Shown: positions 9,831-20,024, numbered from the stretch's first letter. The stretch: 64,000 bases of DNA from Candidatus Shapirobacteria bacterium (GCA_020059745.1 JAGVBK010000003.1:1123-65122), one strand, 5' to 3'. Translations and numbers: made by a program. The notes: generated by a model from the sequence alone, not told the origin.

Positions 9831-11120
9831 TTAACTTTTTAAAGCCTGAGAATGCTTTTCTTTATAGTATTTTTGGGCAAAACGGTGGGATTCGTCTCGA
9901 ATTGCCTGGAGAAGCTGAAGCTCGGGATGCCTTCTTGAAAGACGAAGCGATTTCCAGGAAACGACCTTTCCGTTTAAAAATTTTGGAACAATTACAATTT
10001 CTTCCTTTTTAGCAATTCCCAATAGGGCAATTTGGTCCTCGAGATCTTTTTCTTTAATTGCTTCAAATGCGGCAGAAATCTGGGTTTTTCCTCCGTCTAC
10101 AAGAATAAGCTGGGGGTAGATCCATTCAGGGTGGTTAAGCCGGCGTCTGACTACCTGTTTTATTCCCTCCGGATCATTTTGACCAGAAAGGTTGTATTTT
10201 AAGTTAAATTTTCGGTAAAGAGATTTGTCGGGTTCTCCTTCGATAAAGGTTACCATGCTGCCGACAATAATGTCCCTACCTAGGTTTGAAACATCATAAC
10301 CCTCAATTTTCTTTAGGGTAATGGGGTCAGTTCCCTGGTATTTAGTTAAAAGTTTTCTTAATTCCAAAAAAACCTTTCCCATTTCTCTTTTTTCTTTAGG
10401 GATTCTCCACCCTTCTTTTAATCTTTTCAATGAATCAACTTTGTTTTTTAAACCCTGGGCTTCTTCAAATTTAAGATTGCGGCTTTCTTTTTTCATTTCC
10501 TTCTCCAACGATTTAATGATTTTATCAAGCATATTTGTTTTGCCGGAAAGAACTTTTCTTAGGGCTTTGATTGTTTCTTTGTATTCTCCTTCATTTTTCC
10601 CAATACAAACTCCAGGGCATAAGCCAAGTTGGTAGTAAAGGCAGGGAGCTTTATGTAAGTTCTTGCAGGAACGATATGGGAAAATCGGCCTTAAGGTTTT
10701 AAGGATTCTTCTGGCGTCTGAAGAAGAAGGGAAAGGTCCGAACCAGTCAAGCATGTTTTGGGAGTTAAGCTCTGTCCATCGGGCCAGGTAAACCCGGTTG
10801 GGAAAATCTTTGCCAATAACAATATAGAGGTAACTTTTGCTGTCTTTTTGGACAGTGTTAAACTTAGGCTTGTGCTGCTTTATCAGTCTTGCCTCAAGGA
10901 GAAGGGCTTCAAATTCCGAGTTGACTGCAAAATATTGTAAATCAGCAATATTGGAGACAAGCTCTTTAGTTTTTGGGTCCTTGCTGCTTTTTTGAAAATA
11001 ACTGGATACACGGTTCTTTAAGACTAGGGCTTTACCGATATAAATGATTTTACCTTTGTCGTTCTTAAGAATATAAACACCGGGTTTCTTAGGAAGTGAT
11101 TTTAGTTTCTCTTTTAGCAT
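9831..11120 (-). CDS. uvrC: Excinuclease ABC subunit C, short form without C-terminal HhH domain
   Basis: LPKKPGVY..IIYIGKA..LKNRVSSYF GIY-YIG; IEGYDVSN, LILVDGGKTQ, IRDESHRFA. Confidence 0.93.
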   Translation of the reverse strand: MLKEKLKSLPKKPGVYILKNDKGKIIYIGKALVLKNRVSSYFQKSSKDPKTKELVSNIADLQYFAVNSEFEALLLEARLIKQHKPKFNTVQKDSKSYLYIVIGKDFPNRVYLARWTELNSQNMLDWFGPFPSSSDARRILKTLRPIFPYRSCKNLHKAPCLYYQLGLCPGVCIGKNEGEYKETIKALRKVLSGKTNMLDKIIKSLEKEMKKESRNLKFEEAQGLKNKVDSLKRLKEGWRIPKEKREMGKVFLELRKLLTKYQGTDPITLKKIEGYDVSNLGRDIIVGSMVTFIEGEPDKSLYRKFNLKYNLSGQNDPEGIKQVVRRRLNHPEWIYPQLILVDGGKTQISAAFEAIKEKDLEDQIALLGIAKKEEIVIVPKFLNGKVVSWKSLRLSRRHPELQLLQAIRDESHRFAQKYYKEKHSQALKS

Positions 11121-11152
11121 TTAAAAATTGTTTTAAAACTTAAAATTTAAAA

Positions 11153-13831
11153 TTAGATAATTTTGTTCTTAAGGTATTTCCCTGTCCACGAGTTTGGATT
11201 GGCGGTAATTTCTGCTGGTTTACCCTGGGCAATAATTTCTCCGCCTCTTTCTCCGCCTTCTGGACCAAGGTCAATAACCCAATCTGCGTTTTTAATCATG
11301 TCTAAATTGTGCTCAATGACAATAACCGTGTTTCCTCTTCCCACAAGCTCCCTTATTACCTGAAGAAGTTTATCAACATCAGCAAAATGAAGCCCGGTAG
11401 TCGGCTCGTCAAGCAAGTAGGCAGCGTGGTTTCTTGACGGCTTAACCAGTTCCCTTGCCAGTTTCAATCTTTGTGATTCTCCGCCCGAAAGCGTGGGAGA
11501 AGGCTGACCAAGCTCAAGGTAGTCAAGACCGATTTTTTGAAGAACTTTAAGCTTGTTAACAATTTTTGGGAAAGAAGCGAAAAATTCTAAAGCCTCGCCA
11601 ATGGTTAATTCTAAAACCTCATGGATATTTTTTTCTTTATATTGAACTTCTAAAATTTCTTCTTTAAACCTGGTGCCGTGGCATTCTTCGCACTCAACCC
11701 AGACATCAGGTAAAAACTGCATTTCCACTTTGTTAAATCCCTGGCCCTGACAGGCTTCGCAACGGCCGCCGTTAACATTAAAAGAAAAGTGGCTGGAGGT
11801 AAAGCCTCGCAGTCTGGCTTCCTCTGTTTGGGTAAAAAGCTCCCTGATATCAGTGAAAACGCCGGTGTAAGTGGCAGGGTTGCTTCTTGAAGTCCGGCCA
11901 ACCGGGGACTGGTCAACCAAAAGTACCTGGTCAAGCTGCTGTACCCCGTTTATGCTCTCAAATTTTCCCGGCTCAGTTTTTGAATAAATATCAAGAGATT
12001 TGGCCAAAGCGGGGTAAAGGGTGTCGTGAATCAAAGTTGATTTTCCAGAGCCGGAAACGCCGGTAATGCAAACATATTTTTTCAAAGGAAACTTAACATC
12101 AATGTTTTTAAGGTTATGCTCACTGCAGCCAAAAAGAGAAATGAAATAGCCGTTTGGTTTGGGCAAAAGCTCGGGGTTAACTTCGGGGCTTGTTACCTTT
12201 TTCCTGCCGCTTAAATAAAGGCCGGTTAAAGAGTTTTTATCTTTCATGATTTGTTCTGGGGTTCCTTCGGCAATTATCTGGCCACCTTTTTTGCCCGCTT
12301 CTGGGCCAAAGTCAATGATCCAGTCTGCGGCTAAAAGCACTTCTTCGTCATGTTCTACTACTACCACGGTGTTACCAAGATCCTTGAGTTTTTTTAATGT
12401 TTCAATCAATCTTTGGGTATCTCTTTGGTGAAGCCCGACAGTCGGTTCGTCTAAAACATAAAGCACTCCGGTTAAACCGGTCCCGATTTGGCTTGCCAAC
12501 CTGATTCTTTGTGCTTCGCCAACAGAAAGAGTAGAGGCGGTTCTTCCTAAAGTAAGATAGTCAACGCCAACGGCGATAAGAAAATTTAATCTGCTGGTGA
12601 TTTCGCGGAGTAAAGGATCGGCAACTTCTTTTTCTTTTTCAGTTGATAAAGTTGGGACTAAGTTTTCAAGCCATTTTAGCAAGGACTCCAAAGAAAGGGC
12701 AGAAATATCGGCAATTGATTTTTGATTAATCGTTACCGACAAAGCCTCTTCTTTTAGCCTGTCTCCATGGCAAAGGGGACAAACTTTTTTAATCATAAGT
12801 TTTTCAATTTCTTCTCTGACTGTGTCGGAGGTAGTGGTGTAATACTGCTTTTCCAGCATTTCCGCCCGCCAGCTTGAAACCTTGCTTCTGTCCACGGCAA
12901 GTTTTACCCCCAAACCATTACATTCAGGGCAAGCTCCCTGGGGAGAGTTAAAGGAAAAAAGCCGGGGCTCGATTTCCGGCAAATTAAGGTTGCAAACCGG
13001 ACAGACAAAACGCCTGGAAAAAAGAGTATCCCCCATTTCTTTTGGCTTTTCCGGAAAATTAAAGTCTTTATCTTTAACTTCAGAGAGAATAGCCAGTCCG
13101 TCTGACAAGTCTAAGGCGATTTCAATGTCGTTAAGTATTCTTGTTTTGTACTCTTCTTCTGAATACTTTCTGAAGATGTTTATCTTGTCAATTACCACCT
13201 CAATGTTATGGCGGTTGGTTTTTATAAGCAGGGGAACATCTCTGAGATAATAAATCTGGCCGTCAATTCTCACCATCTCGAAACCTTTACGCTGAAGGTT
13301 TAAAAAAAGCTGGGAAAACTCGCCTCTTTTGTCTCTTATAACCGGGGAAAGAATAAAAAACCTTGCGGTTTGTCCCCCTCCGACTTTTTTTGAAATAATG
13401 TTCATAACCTGCTCGGTAATGCTGGCGCTGGTTTGGTGGCTTATCTCTCGGCCGCACTTAGGGCAATGGGGATGGCCGATTCTCGCATAAAGCACCCTAA
13501 GATAATCGTAAATTTCAGTTACCGTGCCGACGGTTGAACGGGGATTGTGGGAAAGGCCGTGCTGGTCAATGGCAATGGCTGGAGAAAGTCCTTCAACACT
13601 GTCAATTTCCGGCCTCTTCATCATGCCCAAAAACTGGCGGGCATAGGAGGAAAGGCTTTCTACATACCGGCGCTGGCCTTCGGCATATAAAGTATCCATG
13701 GCTAATGAAGATTTTCCTGAGCCGGAAACGCCCGACAAAACCACCAGTTTATTTTTGGGGATTTTGACAGTAATATCAGCAAGGTTATGCTCCCTTGCTC
13801 CTTTGATAATGATATGGTCTTTATCTTCCAT
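11153..13831 (-). CDS. uvrA: Excinuclease ABC subunit A
   Basis: GAREHNL, two GVSGSGKS Walker A motifs, EGQRRYVESLS, Zn fingers, LSGGE.QR. Confidence 0.98.
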   Translation of the reverse strand: MEDKDHIIIKGAREHNLADITVKIPKNKLVVLSGVSGSGKSSLAMDTLYAEGQRRYVESLSSYARQFLGMMKRPEIDSVEGLSPAIAIDQHGLSHNPRSTVGTVTEIYDYLRVLYARIGHPHCPKCGREISHQTSASITEQVMNIISKKVGGGQTARFFILSPVIRDKRGEFSQLFLNLQRKGFEMVRIDGQIYYLRDVPLLIKTNRHNIEVVIDKINIFRKYSEEEYKTRILNDIEIALDLSDGLAILSEVKDKDFNFPEKPKEMGDTLFSRRFVCPVCNLNLPEIEPRLFSFNSPQGACPECNGLGVKLAVDRSKVSSWRAEMLEKQYYTTTSDTVREEIEKLMIKKVCPLCHGDRLKEEALSVTINQKSIADISALSLESLLKWLENLVPTLSTEKEKEVADPLLREITSRLNFLIAVGVDYLTLGRTASTLSVGEAQRIRLASQIGTGLTGVLYVLDEPTVGLHQRDTQRLIETLKKLKDLGNTVVVVEHDEEVLLAADWIIDFGPEAGKKGGQIIAEGTPEQIMKDKNSLTGLYLSGRKKVTSPEVNPELLPKPNGYFISLFGCSEHNLKNIDVKFPLKKYVCITGVSGSGKSTLIHDTLYPALAKSLDIYSKTEPGKFESINGVQQLDQVLLVDQSPVGRTSRSNPATYTGVFTDIRELFTQTEEARLRGFTSSHFSFNVNGGRCEACQGQGFNKVEMQFLPDVWVECEECHGTRFKEEILEVQYKEKNIHEVLELTIGEALEFFASFPKIVNKLKVLQKIGLDYLELGQPSPTLSGGESQRLKLARELVKPSRNHAAYLLDEPTTGLHFADVDKLLQVIRELVGRGNTVIVIEHNLDMIKNADWVIDLGPEGGERGGEIIAQGKPAEITANPNSWTGKYLKNKII

Positions 13832-13837
13832 AATATT

Positions 13838-13914
13838 TAAAAACCCTAAACCTCAAATCCTAAATCCTAATTTCTACTGCTTAGAGTTTTGTGTTTTGAA
13901 TTTAGAGTTTTAGG
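13838..13914. repeat. Heptamer-built inverted-repeat hairpin, empty copy A, in the uvrA leader
   Basis: aaaccctaaacctcaaatcctaaatcctaa, 10-nt loop, ttagagttttgtgttttgaatttagagttttagg. Confidence 0.8.
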
Positions 13915-14007
13915 TTGATTTGGGTTTCCTTTGGGACTTTTAATTATATCACTTTTAAGGCCGGTTTGGGTATTGTAAAAAGGGTTTTTTTATACTATCT
14001 TAAAACC

Positions 14008-14295
14008 ATGTTAACAAAGGATGATTTAAAAGAAATAAGGGGTGTAGTTAACGAAGAAGTAAGGGCAGAAATTGACCCTTTAAAGAAAGATGTTTCAGGT
14101 TTAAAATCTGATGTTTCAGGACTAAAGGCTAAAACAGCAACGATAGAAAAAGGAATGAAGACTTTGCAATCTGATGTTACAAGTATAAGAAAAGATGTAA
14201 AATCAATTGTATCGTTTTTTGACAGTGAATATTTGGAGTTGCGGAAAAGGGTAGAAAAGATAGAGCTTCATCTGGGTGTGAATTTTTCTTCATAG
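14008..14295 (+). CDS. Small coiled-coil hypothetical protein
   Basis: MLTKDDLKEIRGVV; heptad repeats KDVSGLK/SDVSGLK; ends LRKRVEKIE.HLG. Confidence 0.75.
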   Translation: MLTKDDLKEIRGVVNEEVRAEIDPLKKDVSGLKSDVSGLKAKTATIEKGMKTLQSDVTSIRKDVKSIVSFFDSEYLELRKRVEKIELHLGVNFSS

Positions 14296-14357
14296 TTTCT
14301 TGTCTTTTGCTCACTGCTTTGCTCGCTATTTGAGGCTAAAGGTGGTAAAATTCAGGC

Positions 14358-16343
14358 ATGGATTTTGAACTTGAATCAAGTTTTCAACCCACCGGAGACC
14401 AGCCTCAGGCAATTGAAAAATTAACTGAAGGAATTAAAAAAGACTATCCTTTTCAGGTTTTGCTTGGGGTAACTGGTTCTGGTAAAACTTTTTCCATTGC
14501 CAATGTCATTAAAAACACCAAAAAGCCGACTTTGGTGATTTCCCATAATAAAACCTTGGCTGCCCAGCTCTATCAGGAATTTAAAGAATTTTTCCCGCAA
14601 AATGCTGTTTCTTACTTTGTTTCCTACTATGATTATTACCAGCCTGAGGCTTACATTCCCCAAACAGATACCTATATCGCTAAAGATGCCGATATAAACG
14701 AAGAAATCGATAAGCTAAGGCTTCTTTCCACCAGCCATATATTTTCCCGGAAAGATGTTATTGTGGTAGCTTCAGTTTCCTGTATTTATAATATTGGCTC
14801 GCCTGACCAATACCGGAACCGAATTTTACATATTGCTCCGGGCCAGAAAATAAAAAGGGAAGATTTCATGTATTCCCTGGTTTCCCTTTATTATCAAAGG
14901 TCCAGGCTTGAATTTAGCCGTGGTTTTTTCAGAATCAGAGGTGAAGTTGTAGAAATTTATCCTTCCTATGCGGACGAGATTATTAAGGTTGAATGGAAAG
15001 ATGATGAAATTATCTCTGTCACCGTCAGGCCGGTTATTGAGGGTGAGGAAAAAGTTTTGGAAAACTATTTCCTTTATCCGGCAAAGCACTTTTTGGCGGA
15101 CAAAAAGATTATGGATGAAGCCTTTAAGCAAATTAAAGCAGATTTAAAAATTAGACTTAGCCAGCTTAAAAAAGAAGGCAAAGACCTCGAGGCAAACCGT
15201 TTAAACCAGAGAGTTAACTATGACATGGAGATGATAAAGGAAGTCGGTTATGTCAACGGTATTGAGAACTATTCTCGCTATTTTGACGGCAGGCTGCCGG
15301 GAGAGCCGCCTTTTTCTCTTCTTGACTATTTTAAATATCAGTATAAAGATGATTTTTTGGTGGTTATAGATGAGTCGCACATGACTGTGCCGCAAATAAG
15401 AGGAATGTATTACGGTGATGCCTCAAGGAAAAAAACTTTGGTGGATTTCGGTTTCAGGCTGCCTTCTGCTTTAGACAACCGGCCGCTTAACTTTCAGGAA
15501 TTTTTAAAAAGGGTGCCGCAAGCGATTTTTGTTTCCGCTACTCCCGATAGTTGGGAAATTGAAAAATCAGAAAAAAGAGTTACAGAGCAATTAATTAGGC
15601 CAACCGGGTTAGTGGATCCGGTGGTTGAAGTAAGGCCGATTCAGGGGCAGGTAAAAGACTTGGTTAAAGAAATCCTTGAAAGAAAGAAAAAAGGAGAAAG
15701 AGTTTTAGTTACCACCTTAACCAAAAGAATGGCTGAAGACTTAAGCACTTACCTTGCAGACCCTGCCAATACCGGAGAAAGGATTTTAGTCCACTACCTT
15801 CATGCCGATATTGACACTTTGGAAAGAACCGATATTTTGGCCGATTTAAGAAGAGGTACTTATGATGTAATTGTGGGAATTAACCTCTTAAGAGAAGGTT
15901 TGGATTTGCCGGAAGTATCTTTGGTGGCAATACTTGATGCCGATAAAGAAGGTTTTTTGCGTTCCCGCGTTTCTTTAATTCAGACCATGGGAAGGGCAGC
16001 GAGAAATTCGGCAGGCAAAGTAATTCTCTATGCCGATTATCAGACAGAAGCAATGAAACAGGCTTTAGCCGAGGTTAAAAGAAGAAGAAAAATTCAGGAA
16101 GAGTACAATAAAAAACACGGCATTGTTCCCCAAACAATAAACAAACCAATAAGGGAAGCTTTGGTAATTGAAGAAGAAGAGGAAGAACTTTCAGAAGACG
16201 GCATGACCCCGGCTGATGCCAAAAAACTGGTGGCAAAGCTAGGCAGACAAATGAGGGAGTATGCCAAACTCATGGAATTTGAAAGGGCAGCGCAGCTTAG
16301 GGATAAAATAGAGGAAGTTAAAAAGAAATTTGATTTAAGCTAA
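14358..16343 (+). CDS. uvrB: Excinuclease ABC subunit B
   Basis: PTGDQPQAI, LLGVTGSGKT, FVSYYDYYQPEAY, DESH, GINLLREGLDLPEV, C-terminal UVR motif. Confidence 0.98.
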   Translation: MDFELESSFQPTGDQPQAIEKLTEGIKKDYPFQVLLGVTGSGKTFSIANVIKNTKKPTLVISHNKTLAAQLYQEFKEFFPQNAVSYFVSYYDYYQPEAYIPQTDTYIAKDADINEEIDKLRLLSTSHIFSRKDVIVVASVSCIYNIGSPDQYRNRILHIAPGQKIKREDFMYSLVSLYYQRSRLEFSRGFFRIRGEVVEIYPSYADEIIKVEWKDDEIISVTVRPVIEGEEKVLENYFLYPAKHFLADKKIMDEAFKQIKADLKIRLSQLKKEGKDLEANRLNQRVNYDMEMIKEVGYVNGIENYSRYFDGRLPGEPPFSLLDYFKYQYKDDFLVVIDESHMTVPQIRGMYYGDASRKKTLVDFGFRLPSALDNRPLNFQEFLKRVPQAIFVSATPDSWEIEKSEKRVTEQLIRPTGLVDPVVEVRPIQGQVKDLVKEILERKKKGERVLVTTLTKRMAEDLSTYLADPANTGERILVHYLHADIDTLERTDILADLRRGTYDVIVGINLLREGLDLPEVSLVAILDADKEGFLRSRVSLIQTMGRAARNSAGKVILYADYQTEAMKQALAEVKRRRKIQEEYNKKHGIVPQTINKPIREALVIEEEEEELSEDGMTPADAKKLVAKLGRQMREYAKLMEFERAAQLRDKIEEVKKKFDLS

Positions 16344-16597
16344 TGGGAAAAATTTTTGAAAGAATTTACGAAGAAGTAAAAAAAATCCCCAAAGGAGAGA
16401 CAAGAAGTTATGGCGAAATTGCCAGAAAAGCAGGTACTACTCCTCGCGTGGTTGGTTTTGCCTTACACGCTAACCCTGATCCCAAAAATATTCCTTGCCA
16501 CAGGGTAATTTTCAAAGACGGTAGGCTTTCTCCAGGTTATGTTTTTGGAGGAGAAGGAGTGCAAAGAAAAAAACTGGAAGAAGAAGGCGCTATTTAA
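16343..16597 (+). CDS. ogt: Single-domain O6-alkylguanine-DNA alkyltransferase (MGMT family)
   Basis: IPKGETRSYGEIA, PRVVGFAL, NIPCHRV active site; start overlaps uvrB stop (TAATG). Confidence 0.85.
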   Translation: MGKIFERIYEEVKKIPKGETRSYGEIARKAGTTPRVVGFALHANPDPKNIPCHRVIFKDGRLSPGYVFGGEGVQRKKLEEEGAI

Positions 16598-17987
16598 CCA
16601 ATACCAATATTCTTTCCCCTTCTTTTTTAATAACTTGATAATCCTTTGGACTGATGTTTTCTCTGTCCAAGAGCCATTGTTTGGTCAAAAGCAAAAATGG
16701 CCTGTCTGATTTTTCAAAAGCTTGAGCTGAGGTTTTAATTGTTGTATCGGTTGAATGGGGCAGGCTGTAAACTTTTTTTCCTGAATAGAAAACTGCAGCC
16801 GGCCAATAATCATCTTCAAGGTAAATGGTTCCTTCGTATTCCCCTGCTTTTCTGGAAAGGCTGACTTCATCACTGAAAGACTGAGATTTAACCAAATCAT
16901 GAAAAAGACCTTTGACGATTCTTCCCGAATTCCAAACACAAAAGGCAAGCATTAAAAAAACCGCAAGTCTTTTATCAAATTTCGCTCCGATTTTATAAAT
17001 AAAAGCAGGAATAAAAAGAGAAAGTGTGGGATAAAGAATAATTAGGTGCCAAAGCTCAGCCTTAGGCGAGGTGGCAAAGACAAGGAAATACACGAAAAAC
17101 CATAGCCAGAGAAGTTGAAAAGATTTTTGTTTGATGAATAAAAGCGATCCCAATAAAGAGACTAAAAAGGGTTTATACCAAAGTAAAACTCCCATATGAA
17201 GCTCCCAAAGCGTGTTTTTAAGATAAAACCCCTTGCTTGAAGTTAAATTTCCCAAAGATTTCATACCCGGAAGTCTTAAGCCAATGACAAAAATATTGCG
17301 GTTAATAAATAAAAGTCCATAAGCCAGGTAATTAACAACATACCAAGGAAGAAAAATAGCAAAAAACGGAACAAAGAAAAAGAAAATATCTTTTATTTCC
17401 TTTTTTGGGCAGCCGAAATAAAGAAAAAAAAGAACCGGAATCAAGCCAACTCCGATAACTGTTTTGGTAAGCAAAGCCAGGGCAAAAGCCGTACCTGCTC
17501 CTATTAAAAAAAGCCGGCTCTCTTTTGCTTTAAGCATAAAAAAGAGGGCAAGAAGCATGTTAAAGGTAAGAACAATATCCAAATTACCTTCTCTTGCCCT
17601 TAACCAAAACCAGGGAAAGACACTAAGGGAAAGCCCGGCAGCAAAACCTACAGCTCGGTTAAAGAGTTTTTTGCCAATTAGGTAAGAAAGAAGTACAGAA
17701 CCAATACCTGCCAGTGCCGAAGGCAGTCGGGCTGACATCTCACTGACTCCAAAGAGTTTAAAAGAAAGCGAGGTAAGCCAAAAACCTAAAGGTGGGTGGT
17801 CAAAATAGGGAAGACCGTTCCATTTAAGCAAAAACCACTGATTGTCTTTAACAATATTGCGGGAAATTTCTGCATACCAGGCTTCGTCCCAGCTTTTTAA
17901 AGGAGTGTCTCCCAGTTTTGAGAGAAACAAAAGACCTGTTAAAACAACCAAAATTAAAGGCAGAAAAAAGAAGGCTTTGTTCTTCAC
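16590..17987 (-). CDS. ArnT/PMT-family (GT-C) glycosyltransferase
   Basis: WDEAWYAEISR, YFDHPPLGFW, ARLPSAL, LLTK; multiple TM helices. Confidence 0.85.
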   Translation of the reverse strand: MKNKAFFFLPLILVVLTGLLFLSKLGDTPLKSWDEAWYAEISRNIVKDNQWFLLKWNGLPYFDHPPLGFWLTSLSFKLFGVSEMSARLPSALAGIGSVLLSYLIGKKLFNRAVGFAAGLSLSVFPWFWLRAREGNLDIVLTFNMLLALFFMLKAKESRLFLIGAGTAFALALLTKTVIGVGLIPVLFFLYFGCPKKEIKDIFFFFVPFFAIFLPWYVVNYLAYGLLFINRNIFVIGLRLPGMKSLGNLTSSKGFYLKNTLWELHMGVLLWYKPFLVSLLGSLLFIKQKSFQLLWLWFFVYFLVFATSPKAELWHLIILYPTLSLFIPAFIYKIGAKFDKRLAVFLMLAFCVWNSGRIVKGLFHDLVKSQSFSDEVSLSRKAGEYEGTIYLEDDYWPAAVFYSGKKVYSLPHSTDTTIKTSAQAFEKSDRPFLLLTKQWLLDRENISPKDYQVIKKEGERILVLVK

Positions 17988-18048
17988 TAAATTTTATTAT
18001 AGCTCACTCTCTGGTGACAATTTGTCAAGAGCTTGAAATTTAGCTATT

Positions 18049-19443
18049 ATGAAAATAAGTATGGAAACCAAAGAACTGCCTAAAGCCCCTTCTTTTTGGA
18101 AAATAATCGGGCCTTCTTTTATCTTTCTTGGTTTATCTCTTGGTAGCGGCGAGCTTGTTTTGTGGCCGTATATGGCAGCCAATTATGGTTTGGGAATTTT
18201 ATGGGGGGCGCTTTTAGGAATTACTTTCCAGTTTATTATGAATATGGAAATTGAGCGATACGCTTTGGTGCGCGGGGAGAGTGTTTTTGTCGGTTTCTGG
18301 AAACTGGGGCGCTATTGGTCGCTTTGGTTTATTCTTTCCACTTTTATTGCCTGGGGATTACCCGGTTTTTCCGCTGCCGGCAGCCAGCTCTTAAACCAGC
18401 TTTTTGGTTTTGCCAACGAGACGCTGGTGGCGGTAATCTTGCTCTTGCTTACGGGTTTGATTTTAAGCATCGGCAAAACCCTATACCGGACCATGGAGGT
18501 TTTACAAAAATCAATTATTATTTTCGGGACGATTTTTATCTCGCTTTTGGTCTTTCTTTTAACAAAATTAACTGATTGGCAAGCAGCCGCTTTTGGTCTT
18601 ATCGGCCAGGGAGAGGGTTACCGCTTTCTTCCGGCGGGAATTTCTTTTATGAGTTTTTTGGGTGCCTTTGCTTACGCGGGAGCAGGCGGAAACCTCAACT
18701 TGGCCCAAAGCTATTATGTTAAAGAAAAAGGATACGGCATGGGAAAATACAGCCAAAAGATAAAAAGTCTTTTTGCCAAAGGCGGCAGCGATGTTAGCCT
18801 TAAGGGCACGACTTTTGAAAACAACAAAGCAAGCCGTTTTGAGTTTAAAAAATGGTGGAGGGTGATTAATTTAGAGCATTTTTTTGTTTTCTGGCTTTTG
18901 GGGTTTTTGACAATTACCCTACTTGCTGTTTTATCTTATTCACTTGTTCACGGAGAAGCAGGTGTTAAAGAGGGGATAAACTTTCTTTTTATGGAAAGCC
19001 AGATAATCGGCCAAAAAGTTACCCCTGTTTTTGGGTTTGTTTTTCTCCTTCTTGGCTTCATGATGCTTTATTCAACCCAAATCGGGGTACTCGAATCAAC
19101 TTCAAGGATAATTTCGGAAAATTTCTTTCTCCTTTCTCAGGGCAAAAGCAGCGAGCTTAAAGTGAACCTTTCCAAACTTTTTTATCTTGCTCTTTGGGGT
19201 CAGATAACTTTTGGCATCAGTGTTCTTCTTTTGGGCTTTAAAGAGCCAAGACTTCTTTTAACCTTAGCTGCAGTAATTAATGCTTTTTGCATGTTTGTTC
19301 ACCTTGGACTTACTTACTTTTTAAACAAGAAAATGCTTCCTTCAGAACTAAGACCGGCTCTTTGGAGAAAAGCAATATTGCTAATTGCTTTTATTTTCTT
19401 TGGTGTCTTCTCCTTTTTAACGCTCCGGCAAGGTTTGAGGTAA
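18049..19443 (+). CDS. Nramp/MntH-like (APC superfamily) transporter
   Basis: IIGPSFIFLGLSLGSGELVLWP...E..RY.L..GES; about 11 TM helices; possible start at 18061. Confidence 0.75.
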   Translation: MKISMETKELPKAPSFWKIIGPSFIFLGLSLGSGELVLWPYMAANYGLGILWGALLGITFQFIMNMEIERYALVRGESVFVGFWKLGRYWSLWFILSTFIAWGLPGFSAAGSQLLNQLFGFANETLVAVILLLLTGLILSIGKTLYRTMEVLQKSIIIFGTIFISLLVFLLTKLTDWQAAAFGLIGQGEGYRFLPAGISFMSFLGAFAYAGAGGNLNLAQSYYVKEKGYGMGKYSQKIKSLFAKGGSDVSLKGTTFENNKASRFEFKKWWRVINLEHFFVFWLLGFLTITLLAVLSYSLVHGEAGVKEGINFLFMESQIIGQKVTPVFGFVFLLLGFMMLYSTQIGVLESTSRIISENFFLLSQGKSSELKVNLSKLFYLALWGQITFGISVLLLGFKEPRLLLTLAAVINAFCMFVHLGLTYFLNKKMLPSELRPALWRKAILLIAFIFFGVFSFLTLRQGLR

Positions 19444-19479
19444 GCTGGTATAATATTTATAGCTAAAAGCTAATTTAGT

Positions 19480-19920
19480 ATGGCCAGGAAAAGCAGTAAT
19501 TTTGATAAATTCAAAAGCTCGGTTTTGACAATTGTTTCCGGTGTTGCTTTTGTCTTTATTCTTTGGATGCTTTTATACGGTAAAATCAAAGCTACCGGGC
19601 TTCTCTCTCCAATTATAGGCAGGTTGCCTAAAAACGAGGAAGCCTTGGTGGATACAACCGAAGATATTTTAGGGACTGCGGTGCAAAAGGCCAAAGACGG
19701 TGGAGTAAAGCGGACAGTGGAAAGAGGAAGCGAAGTTTTTGAAGAATCAAAATACGCTGAGCCTGCCAGAGACTTAAGAGACGATGTAAGGGAAAAAATT
19801 GACGGTGCGGTTGAATCAGCCAAAGAATTGCCTGCCAAAGAGCTGAAGCTTGTTCAGAAGGAAATTTGCACACAATGGTTTGGGGACGAAATATTTATTG
19901 CCACTGATAGCGGCGAATGA
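19480..19920 (+). CDS. Single-pass membrane hypothetical protein
   Basis: One TM helix, then a charged helical domain with EDILG. Confidence 0.7.
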   Translation: MARKSSNFDKFKSSVLTIVSGVAFVFILWMLLYGKIKATGLLSPIIGRLPKNEEALVDTTEDILGTAVQKAKDGGVKRTVERGSEVFEESKYAEPARDLRDDVREKIDGAVESAKELPAKELKLVQKEICTQWFGDEIFIATDSGE

Positions 19921-20024
19921 AACCCTAAGTTCTAAATCCAAATCCTAAATAATTTTCAAAACCCAAAATTTATATTTAAAAATTTGAATTTGCTTAGAGT
20001 TTAGAATTTAGTGTTTAGGATTTC
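19919..20024. repeat. Heptamer-built inverted-repeat hairpin, empty copy B, upstream of prfB
   Basis: gaaaccctaagttctaaatccaaatcctaaataattttcaaa pairs with tttgaatttgcttagagtttagaatttagtgtttaggatttc; followed by ccccaaagggg mini-hairpin. Confidence 0.85.

Noticed and set aside
14085-14126. 21-nt tandem repeat gatgtttcagg
   Set aside because: Coiled-coil heptad duplication within the small ORF
13915-14357. LexA/SOS box at the uvrA/uvrB promoters
   Set aside because: No convincing CTGT-N8-ACAG or GAAC-N4-GTTC site recognised
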